Positions 1 through 9,042 are shown, numbered from the stretch's first letter. The stretch is DNA of 60,642 nucleotides from Myxococcota bacterium (GCA_036336835.1 JAYZFK010000037.1:1-60642), one strand, 5' to 3'. Program-made: numbers and translations. Notes: a model not told the origin generated them from the sequence alone.

Positions 1-2
1 TA

Positions 3-200
3 TTCGACGCGGTGGGCGACCTCGACTCCACGCAGCAGTACCTCACGCGCACCAGCAATGGCGGCCTGTCGAACAACGGCAACCGCATCCAGGCGGCGCT
101 CCACGGCTCGGCCATTCCGGCTCTCCCGCTCGTGGGCTTCGGCGCGCTGGCGCTGAGCCTCGCGGCCATCGGCGGGCGCGCCCTGCTCGGCAAGAAGTAG
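3..200 (+). CDS. C-terminal end (5'-partial) of a surface protein with an IPTL-CTERM-like sorting tail
   Basis: Open frame from the window edge ending ...GSAIPALPLVGFGALALSLAAIGGRALLGKK*: IPxL motif, hydrophobic helix, basic end. Confidence 0.7.
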   Translation, partial: FDAVGDLDSTQQYLTRTSNGGLSNNGNRIQAALHGSAIPALPLVGFGALALSLAAIGGRALLGKK

Positions 201-240
201 CGCGCAAGGCATCGCCGCCCTGGCAAGCCAGGGTGTGATC

Positions 241-272
241 GTGGCCGTCCGGCTCTGCCGGACGGCCACTTT
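241..272 (+). terminator. Intrinsic terminator-like hairpin
   Basis: Perfect 13-bp stem GTGGCCGTCCGGC-TCT-GCCGGACGGCCAC followed by TTT, 40 nt after the stop at 200; a second hairpin lies at about 216-235. Confidence 0.7.
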
Positions 273-364
273 CGTCTGGGATCCGCACGCAGCAGGCCCA
301 TCGGGGAGAAGCGGCGACCTCCCACCGCGCCGGCCGGCGCTTGGCGCGCACGACGACGGCTTGC

Positions 365-841
365 CTACCCGATTGGTGGCAGCTCGGTCCACGATCCGGC
401 CAGACGAACTCCGTACGTCCCGGCGCGCTCTTCCACCGCGTTCATCAACTCGGCGTGGGCCGCGTGCGTGAAGCGCGCGACCAGCCCGTCCGGGCAGAGG
501 TCGCGCTTGACCGTGCACAGAAGCGCGCCGTCGAGCGGCGACGCCCGCAGGGAAGCCAGCTCGAGCCTGTCCTCGGTGCGGTCGGACAACGCGACCTGCG
601 CGCGCTCGAGGTCGACAGCCAATACGAAGAAGCCCGCCTCTTCGAGTGAGATCTCACCGCGAAAGTGGCGGAGGGTGACGACGAACTTGCCCTCGTCCGG
701 CAGATACTGCACCGAACGGTCGAAGTGCTCGCGTAGCTTGCGGTTCTGGATCGGCTGACCCTCGTGGGACCAGCGACCGTCGTGCTGGAGCACGAGGCCA
801 AATGGCTCGAGCAGAGGCCGTCCCGTACGCGGAGAGCTCAC
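365..841 (-). CDS. DUF1285-like hypothetical protein
   Basis: 158 aa; DGRWSHEGQPIQNRKL and ISLEEAGFFV resemble the DUF1285 N-terminus; follows nuoD on the same strand. Confidence 0.6.
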   Translation of the reverse strand: MSSPRTGRPLLEPFGLVLQHDGRWSHEGQPIQNRKLREHFDRSVQYLPDEGKFVVTLRHFRGEISLEEAGFFVLAVDLERAQVALSDRTEDRLELASLRASPLDGALLCTVKRDLCPDGLVARFTHAAHAELMNAVEERAGTYGVRLAGSWTELPPIG

Positions 842-905
842 GGCGGCCCGCGCCCGAGCGACTCCGGGAGCCGAGTGCCGCCTGGCAGCGCTCTCGAGCC
901 GCGCC

Positions 906-2123
906 TCATCGATCGCACTCGCCGCCGACCATGTTGAGAAGACCGAACGTCGGGATCAGATCCGCGAGCAATGCGCCCTGCACCATCTTCTCGAGCGGAG
1001 CGAGGTTGAGAAGGCTCGGCGGCCGGCAACGCACCTTCCAGGGCGCGGCCGACCCGTCGGAGACGAGATAGAAGCCGAGTTCGCCGTTGGCGGACTCGAC
1101 CGCGGCGTACGCTTCACCAGCGGGCACACACGGGCCTTCGGTCACTCCCTTGAACTGCTGAATCAGCTCTTCCATGTGGTTGAACACGCGCCCCTTGGCA
1201 GGCCAGCGCACACGCGGATCCAGCACGTCGACCGGACCCGGCCCGAGCTTCTCCAGTTGCGAGAGACACTGCTCGACGATGCGCAAGCTCTGGTGCATCT
1301 CCTCCAGACAGACGAGGAACCGATCGTAGTTGTCGCCAACCTCGCCAATCGGTACGTCGAAATCGACTCGGTCGTAGCACAGATAGGGCTCGTCCTTGCG
1401 CAGATCCAGGGGCACGCCGGCTGCGCGCAGCAGTGGACCGGTCACGCCGTAGCGCAGGCAATCGCGCTGCGAGAGGACACCCGTCCCCCTCAGGCGGTCG
1501 ACGAAGATGCGGTTGCGGGTGACCACGTCGTCGAAGTCGCCGAGCAGCTCGCGAATCCGGGCCAGATTGGCCCGACACTGCGCCGGGAAGCCGGATGGCA
1601 TCGCGTGCTTCACGCCGCCGATGCGGATGTAGTTCGAAGTGACGCGTGCTCCGCACATGGCCTCGAGTAGATCCCAGACGAGCTCGCGGCACTCAACACC
1701 GTACAGGAAGGGCGTCATCGCCTGGAGCTCGAGGCATGCGGTCCCGCAGCGTGTCAGGTGGTCGCCGACTCGAGCCAGCTCCCCGATCAATGTGCGCAGC
1801 CAGTCGCAGCGCTCGGGTCGCTCGAGGCCGAGCAGCTTTTCGACGGCCATGCAGAAGCCGAGGTTTGCAAGTGGCGCCGAGTTGTAGTTGAGGCGATCGG
1901 TATAGGGGATCGCCTGGTACCAGCTACCGGCTTCGCACTCCTTCTCGAAGCCGCGGTGCAGGTAACCGACCTGCGCGTCGAGAGAGACGATGGTCTCGCC
2001 GTCGAGCTCGATCAGGAACTTGACCGTTCCGTGCGTCGCCGGGTGAGACGGCCCCATACTGAGGATCCGATGTTCGTCGAGCTGCCCTCGCGCGTTCTGC
2101 TCGGACGTAGCGCCTTCGCTCAC
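906..2123 (-). CDS. nuoD: NADH-quinone oxidoreductase subunit D
   Basis: MGPSHPATHGT, GYLHRGFEK, DRLNY, ESANGELG and C-terminal GECDR; no NiFe CxxC motifs. Confidence 0.95.
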   Translation of the reverse strand: MSEGATSEQNARGQLDEHRILSMGPSHPATHGTVKFLIELDGETIVSLDAQVGYLHRGFEKECEAGSWYQAIPYTDRLNYNSAPLANLGFCMAVEKLLGLERPERCDWLRTLIGELARVGDHLTRCGTACLELQAMTPFLYGVECRELVWDLLEAMCGARVTSNYIRIGGVKHAMPSGFPAQCRANLARIRELLGDFDDVVTRNRIFVDRLRGTGVLSQRDCLRYGVTGPLLRAAGVPLDLRKDEPYLCYDRVDFDVPIGEVGDNYDRFLVCLEEMHQSLRIVEQCLSQLEKLGPGPVDVLDPRVRWPAKGRVFNHMEELIQQFKGVTEGPCVPAGEAYAAVESANGELGFYLVSDGSAAPWKVRCRPPSLLNLAPLEKMVQGALLADLIPTFGLLNMVGGECDR

Positions 2124-2623
2124 CGCTCTCCTCGCTCGGTCCCGACCAGCAACTGACGCCCCTCCTTCGGGTAGTCCTTGCGCAACGGGTGGCCCTCGAA
2201 CTCCTCATTCAGGAGCAGGCGGCGCAGGTCGGGATGGCCGGTGAAGCGGATCCCGTAGAGATCCCAGGCCTCGCGCTCCATCCAGTTGGCCGACGGCCAG
2301 ACACTCGACACGCTGTCGATGGCGCACGAAACCTCCGACACGCGCGCCTTGACGCGCAGCCGATGGTTCTTCGAGACCGAGTAGAGATGGTAGACGACCT
2401 CGAAACGCGGCTCCTCGCCGAGATGGTCGACCGCGCACAGATCGACGAGCATCTCGAACGACACCTGCTCGTCGTCGCGCAGGAAAGCCATCAGCTCGAC
2501 GATGCGAGTGCTCTCGACCAGCGCAGTCGCATCGCCGTGCTGTGCGTGAGTCGAGACCAGCGCGTCGCCGTGGACCTCGACCAGACGCGCCAGGGGGAGT
2601 GAGCCGAATGCGGCACGCGTCAC
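2120..2623 (-). CDS. nuoC: NADH-quinone oxidoreductase subunit C
   Basis: DLCAVD..PRFEVVYHLYS and ANWMEREAWDLYGIRFTGHPDLRRLL..GHPLRKDYP; GTG start overlaps the nuoI stop (GTGA). Confidence 0.93.
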   Translation of the reverse strand: MTRAAFGSLPLARLVEVHGDALVSTHAQHGDATALVESTRIVELMAFLRDDEQVSFEMLVDLCAVDHLGEEPRFEVVYHLYSVSKNHRLRVKARVSEVSCAIDSVSSVWPSANWMEREAWDLYGIRFTGHPDLRRLLLNEEFEGHPLRKDYPKEGRQLLVGTERGER

Positions 2624-3183
2624 ACCCGGCCCTCTTCCGGGTCGTATCCGGTGCGCAGGAAGTCGAGGCGACGCTTCAGATCCGTCGCCGAGACCAGAAG
2701 GTCCTCTTTGCGGTACAGCATCGCCGCGCGATCGTAAGTCGCGATTTCGACGTTGCGACTCATCACGATCGCCTCCTCGGGACACGCCTCCTCGCACAGC
2801 CCGCAGAACATGCAGCGCGACATGTCGATCTCGAACTCCTCGGGGTAGCGCTCGCTGGCCTCGCCTTCGAGCTCACCGGCAACGATCGTGATGCAATGGG
2901 TCGGGCAGGCAAACTCGCACAGCCCACACGCCACGCAGCGCGGCTGCCCGCCATCGAGCGCCACCAGCTGCGGCATGCCGCGAAAGGCATCCGGATAGTC
3001 GACCCGCTCTTCAGGGAACTGAACGACCCCTTCCCCGCGACGCCGACCGGCTGCCAGGCCGCGCAGGTTGCGGACGAAGTGGCGCGCCGTGACGCGCAGG
3101 GCCTTCACGATCATCGGAACGTAGCTGCGCTCGAGCCACCCGGGCCGCTCCCGGCGCCGCACCTTGACGACACGCACCACCAT
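2620..3183 (-). CDS. nuoI: NADH-quinone oxidoreductase subunit I (2x[4Fe-4S])
   Basis: FPEE..FRG, CVACGLCEFACP and IDMSRCMFCGLCEEACPEEAI. Confidence 0.93.
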   Translation of the reverse strand: MVVRVVKVRRRERPGWLERSYVPMIVKALRVTARHFVRNLRGLAAGRRRGEGVVQFPEERVDYPDAFRGMPQLVALDGGQPRCVACGLCEFACPTHCITIVAGELEGEASERYPEEFEIDMSRCMFCGLCEEACPEEAIVMSRNVEIATYDRAAMLYRKEDLLVSATDLKRRLDFLRTGYDPEEGRV

Positions 3184-3245
3184 CACTGAGCATGGTACGA
3201 GATGCACCGGGCCAGAGCACCGGCCGCGTGCTGCCAGGCCGCTCG

Positions 3246-3917
3246 TCAGCCCCAGCGAGCCCGCAGTGCTGCGGCGACGGCTGCACGAACACGCGCGTCG
3301 AGGTCCGCGGGCACGTCGCACCCCGCCCGCTCGAGCTCGGCCGCCAGCGAGGTCATGTCGACCCCCTGCAATCCGCACGGCACGATCACTTCGAATGCCG
3401 AGAGATCGAGGCTCACGTTGAGCGCGAACCCGTGCCAGGTCACCCAGCGACGTACCCCGATGCCGATCGAGGCGATCTTGCGCTCTCGTTCACCGGGTGC
3501 CTTGCGCCGCACGAAGACGCCGGTCCTGCCCTCGACCCGCTCACTGGCGATTCCGAAGCCCGCGAGCACCTCGATCAGCGCCGCCTCGAGCCGGCGCAGG
3601 AAGACGTGCACGTCGCGTTCGTCCCGAGCGGCCAGATCGACGATCGGGTAGCCGACCAGCTGACCTGGGGCGTGGTAGGTGACGTCGCCGCCGCGAGCAG
3701 CCTCGTGGAGCTCGATGCCGCGCGCCGCCAGCTCCTCGGGCGTCGCCAGCAGATTCTCCGGCCGCGCGCTGCGTCCGAGCGTCACCACGGGCGTGTGCTC
3801 CAGCAGCAGCACCACGTCCCCGGCCTGGCCCGCCTGGCGAGCAGCGACCTGTCGCTGCTGAAGTGCCAGCGCCTCGCCATAGGGGACGAGCCCCAGCCAG
3901 TGAGCTTCGAGCGTCAG
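3246..3917 (-). CDS. lipB: Octanoyltransferase LipB (probable CTG start)
   Basis: LLLEHTPVVTLGR, RGGDVTYHAPGQLVGYPI, KIASIG, HGFALN, IVPCGL; the conserved N-terminal WLGLVPYGEALALQ lies upstream of the ORF-track start. Confidence 0.93.
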   Translation of the reverse strand: MTLEAHWLGLVPYGEALALQQRQVAARQAGQAGDVVLLLEHTPVVTLGRSARPENLLATPEELAARGIELHEAARGGDVTYHAPGQLVGYPIVDLAARDERDVHVFLRRLEAALIEVLAGFGIASERVEGRTGVFVRRKAPGERERKIASIGIGVRRWVTWHGFALNVSLDLSAFEVIVPCGLQGVDMTSLAAELERAGCDVPADLDARVRAAVAAALRARWG

Positions 3918-5161
3918 AGCTCGACCTCGGCGGACTCGAGCAGCTCGCGAATGCGGAACAGGAAGCCGTTTGCGGGCTGGCCGTCCAACGCGCGATGATC
4001 GTAGGAGAGCGCGAGATGCATCATCGGTCGGATCAGGATGGCGTCCTCACCATCGACACTCCGCACCACCGGCCGCTTCACCATCTCGCCCATGCGCAAG
4101 ATCGCGACCTGCGGCTGATTGATGATCGCAAAGCCATACAGGTTCCCCATCCGGCCGGGGTTCGAGATCGTGATAGTGCCACCGCGCAGCTCGTCGGGCG
4201 ACAGCTTCTTGCTGCGCGCGCGAGTCGACAGATCGTCGATCGCGGCAGCGAGGCCCGCCAGGGACAGCCGGTCGGCATGGCGCACCACCGGCACGAGTAA
4301 TCCCTTCTCGGTCTCGACCGCAATGCCGACATGGATCGATCGCTTCTCGACGATCGCGTCGTCCATCACCGAGGCATTGAGCGCGGGATAGTCGCGGAGC
4401 GCGCGCACCACAGCGTGGACGATGAAGGGGAGGAACGTGAGCGCCACGCCGTGAGTCTGCTGGAAGGCCCTCTTGTGCTGTGCGCGCAGCGCCGCCACGC
4501 CACCCATGTCGATCTCTGCCACGGTCCCGACGTGCGGGCTCGTGTGCTTCGAGTAGACCATGTGTTGCGCGATCAGTCGCCGCTGCGGGGTCATGGCAAC
4601 CACGCGGTCGCCGTCCTGCAGCTCGTAGTGGGCCCACGGCGGGCGTCCCGCGACAGACGCCGCAATCGGTGCTCGAGGGGCAGGCACCGCCGAGCGGACG
4701 TCGGCGTGGCGCAGCACATCGTGCTTGGTGATGCGCCCACCCGCACCGGTCGCTTCGACGGCCGCGAGATCGAGTGCGGCGTCCTCTGCGAGTCGTCTGG
4801 CGACGGGCGTCGCCTTCGGCTCACCAGCCGAGGCAGACATCGGCGTCACCGAAGACTCGGGCGGGACGACTTCGGCCGCCGCGGACGGGGCCGAACCGGG
4901 AGCCGCTTCTGGCGCTGCACGGGACACTGAACCGATCACTGCGAGCTGCGCACCCACGGCGACCGTCTCACCCTCGGCGACCAGGATCTTCTCGATCACA
5001 CCGGCGGCCGGCGACGGTACCTCTGCGTCGACCTTGTCCGTGGTGACCTCGACCAGCGGCTGGTCGCGTTCGACCGCCTCCCCCTCCGCCACCAGCCAGC
5101 GCGCGACCGTGCCCTCGACGACACTCTCACCTAGCGCAGGCAGCTCGATCGAGATCGACAT
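3914..5161 (-). CDS. 2-oxoacid dehydrogenase E2 dihydrolipoamide acyltransferase (SucB/BkdB-like)
   Basis: Lipoyl domain EVTTDKV, subunit-binding domain ATPVARRLA..GGRITKHDV, catalytic SYDHRALDG; SD GGAGG/GAGG upstream. Confidence 0.92.
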   Translation of the reverse strand: MSISIELPALGESVVEGTVARWLVAEGEAVERDQPLVEVTTDKVDAEVPSPAAGVIEKILVAEGETVAVGAQLAVIGSVSRAAPEAAPGSAPSAAAEVVPPESSVTPMSASAGEPKATPVARRLAEDAALDLAAVEATGAGGRITKHDVLRHADVRSAVPAPRAPIAASVAGRPPWAHYELQDGDRVVAMTPQRRLIAQHMVYSKHTSPHVGTVAEIDMGGVAALRAQHKRAFQQTHGVALTFLPFIVHAVVRALRDYPALNASVMDDAIVEKRSIHVGIAVETEKGLLVPVVRHADRLSLAGLAAAIDDLSTRARSKKLSPDELRGGTITISNPGRMGNLYGFAIINQPQVAILRMGEMVKRPVVRSVDGEDAILIRPMMHLALSYDHRALDGQPANGFLFRIRELLESAEVEL

Positions 5162-5237
5162 CCTCGTTCCTCCCGCGAGCCCGTCGGAGGCCCGTCGCTG
5201 TTCCTGGATCGGCCGGACCTCGGCCGCGCTTGACGGA

Positions 5238-5798
5238 CTAGGCCCGAGGCTTCTCGCCCCCGGGCTGCGCGAGCCCAGCGGGCTCCTGGTGACGCCCGTC
5301 GGCAGGCACCCTCTCGACCTGGATCCGCGCCTGCAGCTTCATCAATCCGTCGAGCACCGCCTCCGGACGCGGCGGACACCCCGGAATGTATACGTCGACC
5401 GGAACGATCGTGTCGATTCCCTGGACCGTCGCGTAGTTGTTGTACGGACCGCCCGAGCAGGTACAAGCTCCGAAGGCAACCACCCACTTCGGCTCCGCCA
5501 TCTGGTCGTAGACCTTCTTCAAGATCGGCGCCTGCCGGTGCGTGATCGTGCCAACCACCATCAGCAGATCCGACTGGCGGGGCGAGAAGCGCGGCAGCGC
5601 ACAGCCGAAGCGATCGATGTCGTAGCGCGGACCGGTGACGGAGGTGAACTCCACCCCGCAGCAGGCCGTCACGAACGGGTACATGAACAGGGAGTACCTG
5701 CGACTCCAGCTCGCCAAGGTCTCTGCCCGGGTGGTGAGGAACGAGTCAGCGCCCTGTCGCAGGAACTCCCGAACGTGAGGCTGGTCCCGGACGTCCAT
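5238..5798 (-). CDS. nuoB: NADH-quinone oxidoreductase subunit B
   Basis: TACCGVE, SPRQSDL, YDQMAEPKWVVAFGAC, VDVYIPGCPPRPE. Confidence 0.95.
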   Translation of the reverse strand: MDVRDQPHVREFLRQGADSFLTTRAETLASWSRRYSLFMYPFVTACCGVEFTSVTGPRYDIDRFGCALPRFSPRQSDLLMVVGTITHRQAPILKKVYDQMAEPKWVVAFGACTCSGGPYNNYATVQGIDTIVPVDVYIPGCPPRPEAVLDGLMKLQARIQVERVPADGRHQEPAGLAQPGGEKPRA

Positions 5799-5905
5799 GC
5801 GGATCCTTCTGCGAGACGCCACCCCGAGTGAAGCGAAACGCGGCCCTCGCCGCGCTCCAGGGGACGAGACGATAGCAGCCTCTGGTATCCTCCCGCGGTC
5901 GAGCC

Positions 5906-6631
5906 ATGAGCAACACCGCCACACCGCACGATCCGCCCGCCCCCGCCCGCCTGACGCTCGCGTGGGGGGTCCACCTGTTCACGGCCAGCGGAGCGGTGCT
6001 GGGTGTACTGGCACTGGTTGCCATCAGCGCCGGCGACCTGGCGCGAGCATCGCTGCTGATGCTGGCCGCACTGCTGATCGATTCGGTAGACGGCACGCTC
6101 GCTCGCAGGATCGGGGTCTCGGAGGTCCTTCCGCGGGTCGACGGACGCCGGCTCGACGACATCGTCGACTACCTGAACTTCGCGATCGTCCCGGTGGTAT
6201 TCATGCTCGGCGCCGGGCATCTACTGCACTGGAGCCTGGCGGCGATCCCGATCCTGGCCAGCGCCTACGGCTTCTCGCAGCAGGACGCCAAGACCGAGGA
6301 CGACTTCTTCCTCGGCTGGCCCTCGTACTGGAACGTGGTCGCGATCTACCTGTGGCTGCTCCACATCCCGCCGCTCGCCGGATCAGCGCTGGTCCTGTTC
6401 CTCTCGGTCGCAGTGTTCATCCCGCTCAAGTACGTCTATCCGAGCAAGCTCGCGGTGCTGCGCAAGACGACGGCCGCCAGCGGGCTCGCCTGGGGAGCGC
6501 TGGTCACGGCCTCGGTCGTCGACCCCGACGCAGCTGCCCGATTTCACCTGCTCGAGCTCTCGCTCGTCTATCCCGCCTACTACCTCGGCCTCTCCTTCTG
6601 GCTCGGGGGCGGCCGCGGTAAGACCGGCTGA
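5906..6631 (+). CDS. pcs: Phosphatidylcholine synthase-like CDP-alcohol phosphatidyltransferase
   Basis: AWGVHLFTASG, DSVDGTLAR..DGRRLDDIVDYL, FLGWPSYWN, PLKYVYP. Confidence 0.8.
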   Translation: MSNTATPHDPPAPARLTLAWGVHLFTASGAVLGVLALVAISAGDLARASLLMLAALLIDSVDGTLARRIGVSEVLPRVDGRRLDDIVDYLNFAIVPVVFMLGAGHLLHWSLAAIPILASAYGFSQQDAKTEDDFFLGWPSYWNVVAIYLWLLHIPPLAGSALVLFLSVAVFIPLKYVYPSKLAVLRKTTAASGLAWGALVTASVVDPDAAARFHLLELSLVYPAYYLGLSFWLGGGRGKTG

Positions 6632-6645
6632 CTCACCCCGAAGCC

Positions 6646-7674
6646 ATGGCTCTCGAACGCGATACCGGCGTCCTGCTGATCAACCTGGGGACCCCAGACT
6701 CCCCGACACCCGCGGCGCTACGCCGCTACCTCAGGGAATTCCTCGGCGATCCCTACGTGATCGATCTCCCCGCCCCGGCACGCTGGCTGCTGCTGGAGCT
6801 GGTCATCCTGCCGCGTCGACCGCGCACGTCGGCACGCGCCTATCAACAGATCTGGACGCCTGAGGGCTCGCCCCTGCGGGTACACACACATGCTCTCGCC
6901 CGCGCTCTGGCAACACGGCTCGACGGAGTCCCGGTCGAGGTCGGCATGCGCTACGGCGCCCCGTCGCTGGCCAGTTCGCTTGCTGCCCTGCGCGCGCGCG
7001 GCGCTCGCCGCTTCGTCTTCTTGCCGCTCTTCCCGCACAGCGCAGCGGCGACCACGGGCTCGGTGCGCGCAGAGCTCGAGCGCCTGCTCACCCGACGGGA
7101 GGCCGCACGCTGGGTCCCCTGCTTCTACAACGAACCGAGCTTCCTCGAGGCCTGGCGCGAGACCGTCGCGCCGCTGCTCGATGACTTCGAGCCCGATCAC
7201 GTACTGGCGAGCTACCACGGCCTGCCCGAGCGGCAGCTGCGCCGCGCCGACCGGGACGGAGACCGCGGCCTCGCGCGCGCGAACTGCTGCGAAGCAGCCG
7301 ACGCCGCCCCGAGCGGCTGCTACCGCGCCCAGTGCTACGCAACCACACGCGGCCTACAGGCGAGTCTCGGTCTCGATCCCGCTCGCAGCTCGACCTCGTT
7401 CCAGTCCCGGCTGGGACGCGCCCCCTGGATCCAACCGTACACCGACGACGCACTGCGCGAGCTCGCTGAGCGCGGTGTGCAGCGACTCGCGGTGTTGTGT
7501 CCGTCGTTCGTGACCGACTGCCTCGAGACGCTCGAGGAGATCGGCATCCGCGCCGCCGCACAGTGGCGCGAGCTAGGTGGCGAGGAGCTGTGGCTCGCGC
7601 CATGCCCGAACTCGAGCGACGCGATGGCCGATGCCCTGGTGCGGCTCGCCGACGGCGCCGTCGCGTTCGACTGA
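6646..7674 (+). CDS. hemH: Ferrochelatase
   Basis: GVLLINLGTP, GMRYG, SYHGLP, FQSRLG..WIQPYT, FVTDCLETLEEI. Confidence 0.95.
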   Translation: MALERDTGVLLINLGTPDSPTPAALRRYLREFLGDPYVIDLPAPARWLLLELVILPRRPRTSARAYQQIWTPEGSPLRVHTHALARALATRLDGVPVEVGMRYGAPSLASSLAALRARGARRFVFLPLFPHSAAATTGSVRAELERLLTRREAARWVPCFYNEPSFLEAWRETVAPLLDDFEPDHVLASYHGLPERQLRRADRDGDRGLARANCCEAADAAPSGCYRAQCYATTRGLQASLGLDPARSSTSFQSRLGRAPWIQPYTDDALRELAERGVQRLAVLCPSFVTDCLETLEEIGIRAAAQWRELGGEELWLAPCPNSSDAMADALVRLADGAVAFD

Positions 7675-7680
7675 GGTTCG

Positions 7681-9042
7681 TCAGCCGGCGGGCGCGAGCT
7701 GCGCGGCGGCGGCGACCCCGCTCGCAAAGCTGTCCGCGACCGAGACACCATCGGTGTAACCCCCGGCCAGCGCGATCGGCCCGCGAGCAACGAGTCGTGC
7801 TCGGGCGTCCCGCAGGCCGGCGGCGTGGCCCGGCTTCGGCTGCGCCACCGCCCGCGGCCAGCGTCGCACTTGCAGTGCATCGAGCGGCGCCGCGAGCCCG
7901 AGCGGCCCGTCGAGTTCCTCGCTGGCAAGAGCGGCGATCTCGGAGTCGTCGAGATCGACGACCTCGGGCGTGCGCACGCCACCGAGCATGCAGTGGAGCA
8001 AGCGTCGCTCGGGCGGCGCTCGATCGCTGAACAGCTCGCTGATGAACAAGCACCCGAGCAGGCCCCGCCCCTCGCCTCGGGGCACCAGGAACCCAAAGCC
8101 CGGTGACTTCCGGCGAAATGCGTCAGACCCAGCTCCGAACCCAACCGTCGCGAGCGGGGCGTACTCGATCGAGTCGATCCAGGCCGCGGCCTCGGCAGCA
8201 ATTCCGCGGAGCAGATCGCTGGCGACTGCGGCCGGCGTCGCCATCACCAGCCGTCGGACGACCCACTCCTCCGACCCTCCCCGCGAAGCAATCGCAACCC
8301 GGAAACCGGCATCGATCGACTCGATCCGACGCACGCGGGTCGCATAGCGCGGCTCGCTGCGCAGCCCTGCGGCGAGTGCCCGAGCGAGCTCGCCCAAACC
8401 GCCGGGCCACGAGAACGTCCCTGCCCGCCCGCGATCGCGGCGACGCAGCGCGCTCGCGAGCAGGCCGGCAACCAGCGAGCCGTGCTCGCGCTCCGCCCGG
8501 ACCAGCGCTGGAAAGACCGCCTCGGCGCCGAGCTGGCGCTCGTCGCCTGCGTAGACGCCGGTCAAGAACGGACCGACCAGCGCGTCGACCAGCTCCGCCC
8601 CCAGCCGCCGGGTCACGAACTCCGCCACCGTCTCGTCGCGTCCATCGCCCCGCGCCACGAAGGGTTCGCGCAGCAGCCGGCGCTTTGCGGCACCCGACAG
8701 CAATGGCGTGCGCATGAGACCCAGCGCGCCAAGCGGCACCTCGAGCAGCCGCCCCTGGCGCAACAACCAGCGCGAGCGGCTCGCTGGCGCCGCGCGCACC
8801 AGCGCATCTGCGAGCCCCATGCGCTCGAGGCCGCGCAGCAGCGGCGCCCGCAGCAACAACGAGCTGGGACCGCGCTCGATGCGATAGCCGTCCACCTCGT
8901 CGGTGCGCATCACGCCACCGGGCGCGTCCTCGGCTTCGACGAGCAGCACCTCCGCACCGCGGCGTTCGAGCTCGCGCGCGGCCCCAAGGCCGGCGATGCC
9001 GGCGCCGACGACCAGCGCGTCGACGTCCGAGCGGGTGCTCAC
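7681..9042 (-). CDS. hemG: Protoporphyrinogen oxidase (HemY-type)
   Basis: VVGAGIAGL, ERGP, GVYAGD and the WPRAVAQ C-terminal pattern; coupled to the hemE stop. Confidence 0.9.
   Translation of the reverse strand: MSTRSDVDALVVGAGIAGLGAARELERRGAEVLLVEAEDAPGGVMRTDEVDGYRIERGPSSLLLRAPLLRGLERMGLADALVRAAPASRSRWLLRQGRLLEVPLGALGLMRTPLLSGAAKRRLLREPFVARGDGRDETVAEFVTRRLGAELVDALVGPFLTGVYAGDERQLGAEAVFPALVRAEREHGSLVAGLLASALRRRDRGRAGTFSWPGGLGELARALAAGLRSEPRYATRVRRIESIDAGFRVAIASRGGSEEWVVRRLVMATPAAVASDLLRGIAAEAAAWIDSIEYAPLATVGFGAGSDAFRRKSPGFGFLVPRGEGRGLLGCLFISELFSDRAPPERRLLHCMLGGVRTPEVVDLDDSEIAALASEELDGPLGLAAPLDALQVRRWPRAVAQPKPGHAAGLRDARARLVARGPIALAGGYTDGVSVADSFASGVAAAAQLAPAG

Noticed and set aside
906..5798. 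Group 4 [NiFe]-hydrogenase (Ech/Hyc-like) interpretation of the nuoBICD genes
   Set aside because: The large subunit lacks both CxxC Ni-binding motifs and keeps the NuoD HPxxHG and DRLxY quinone-site residues; no maturation genes are present.
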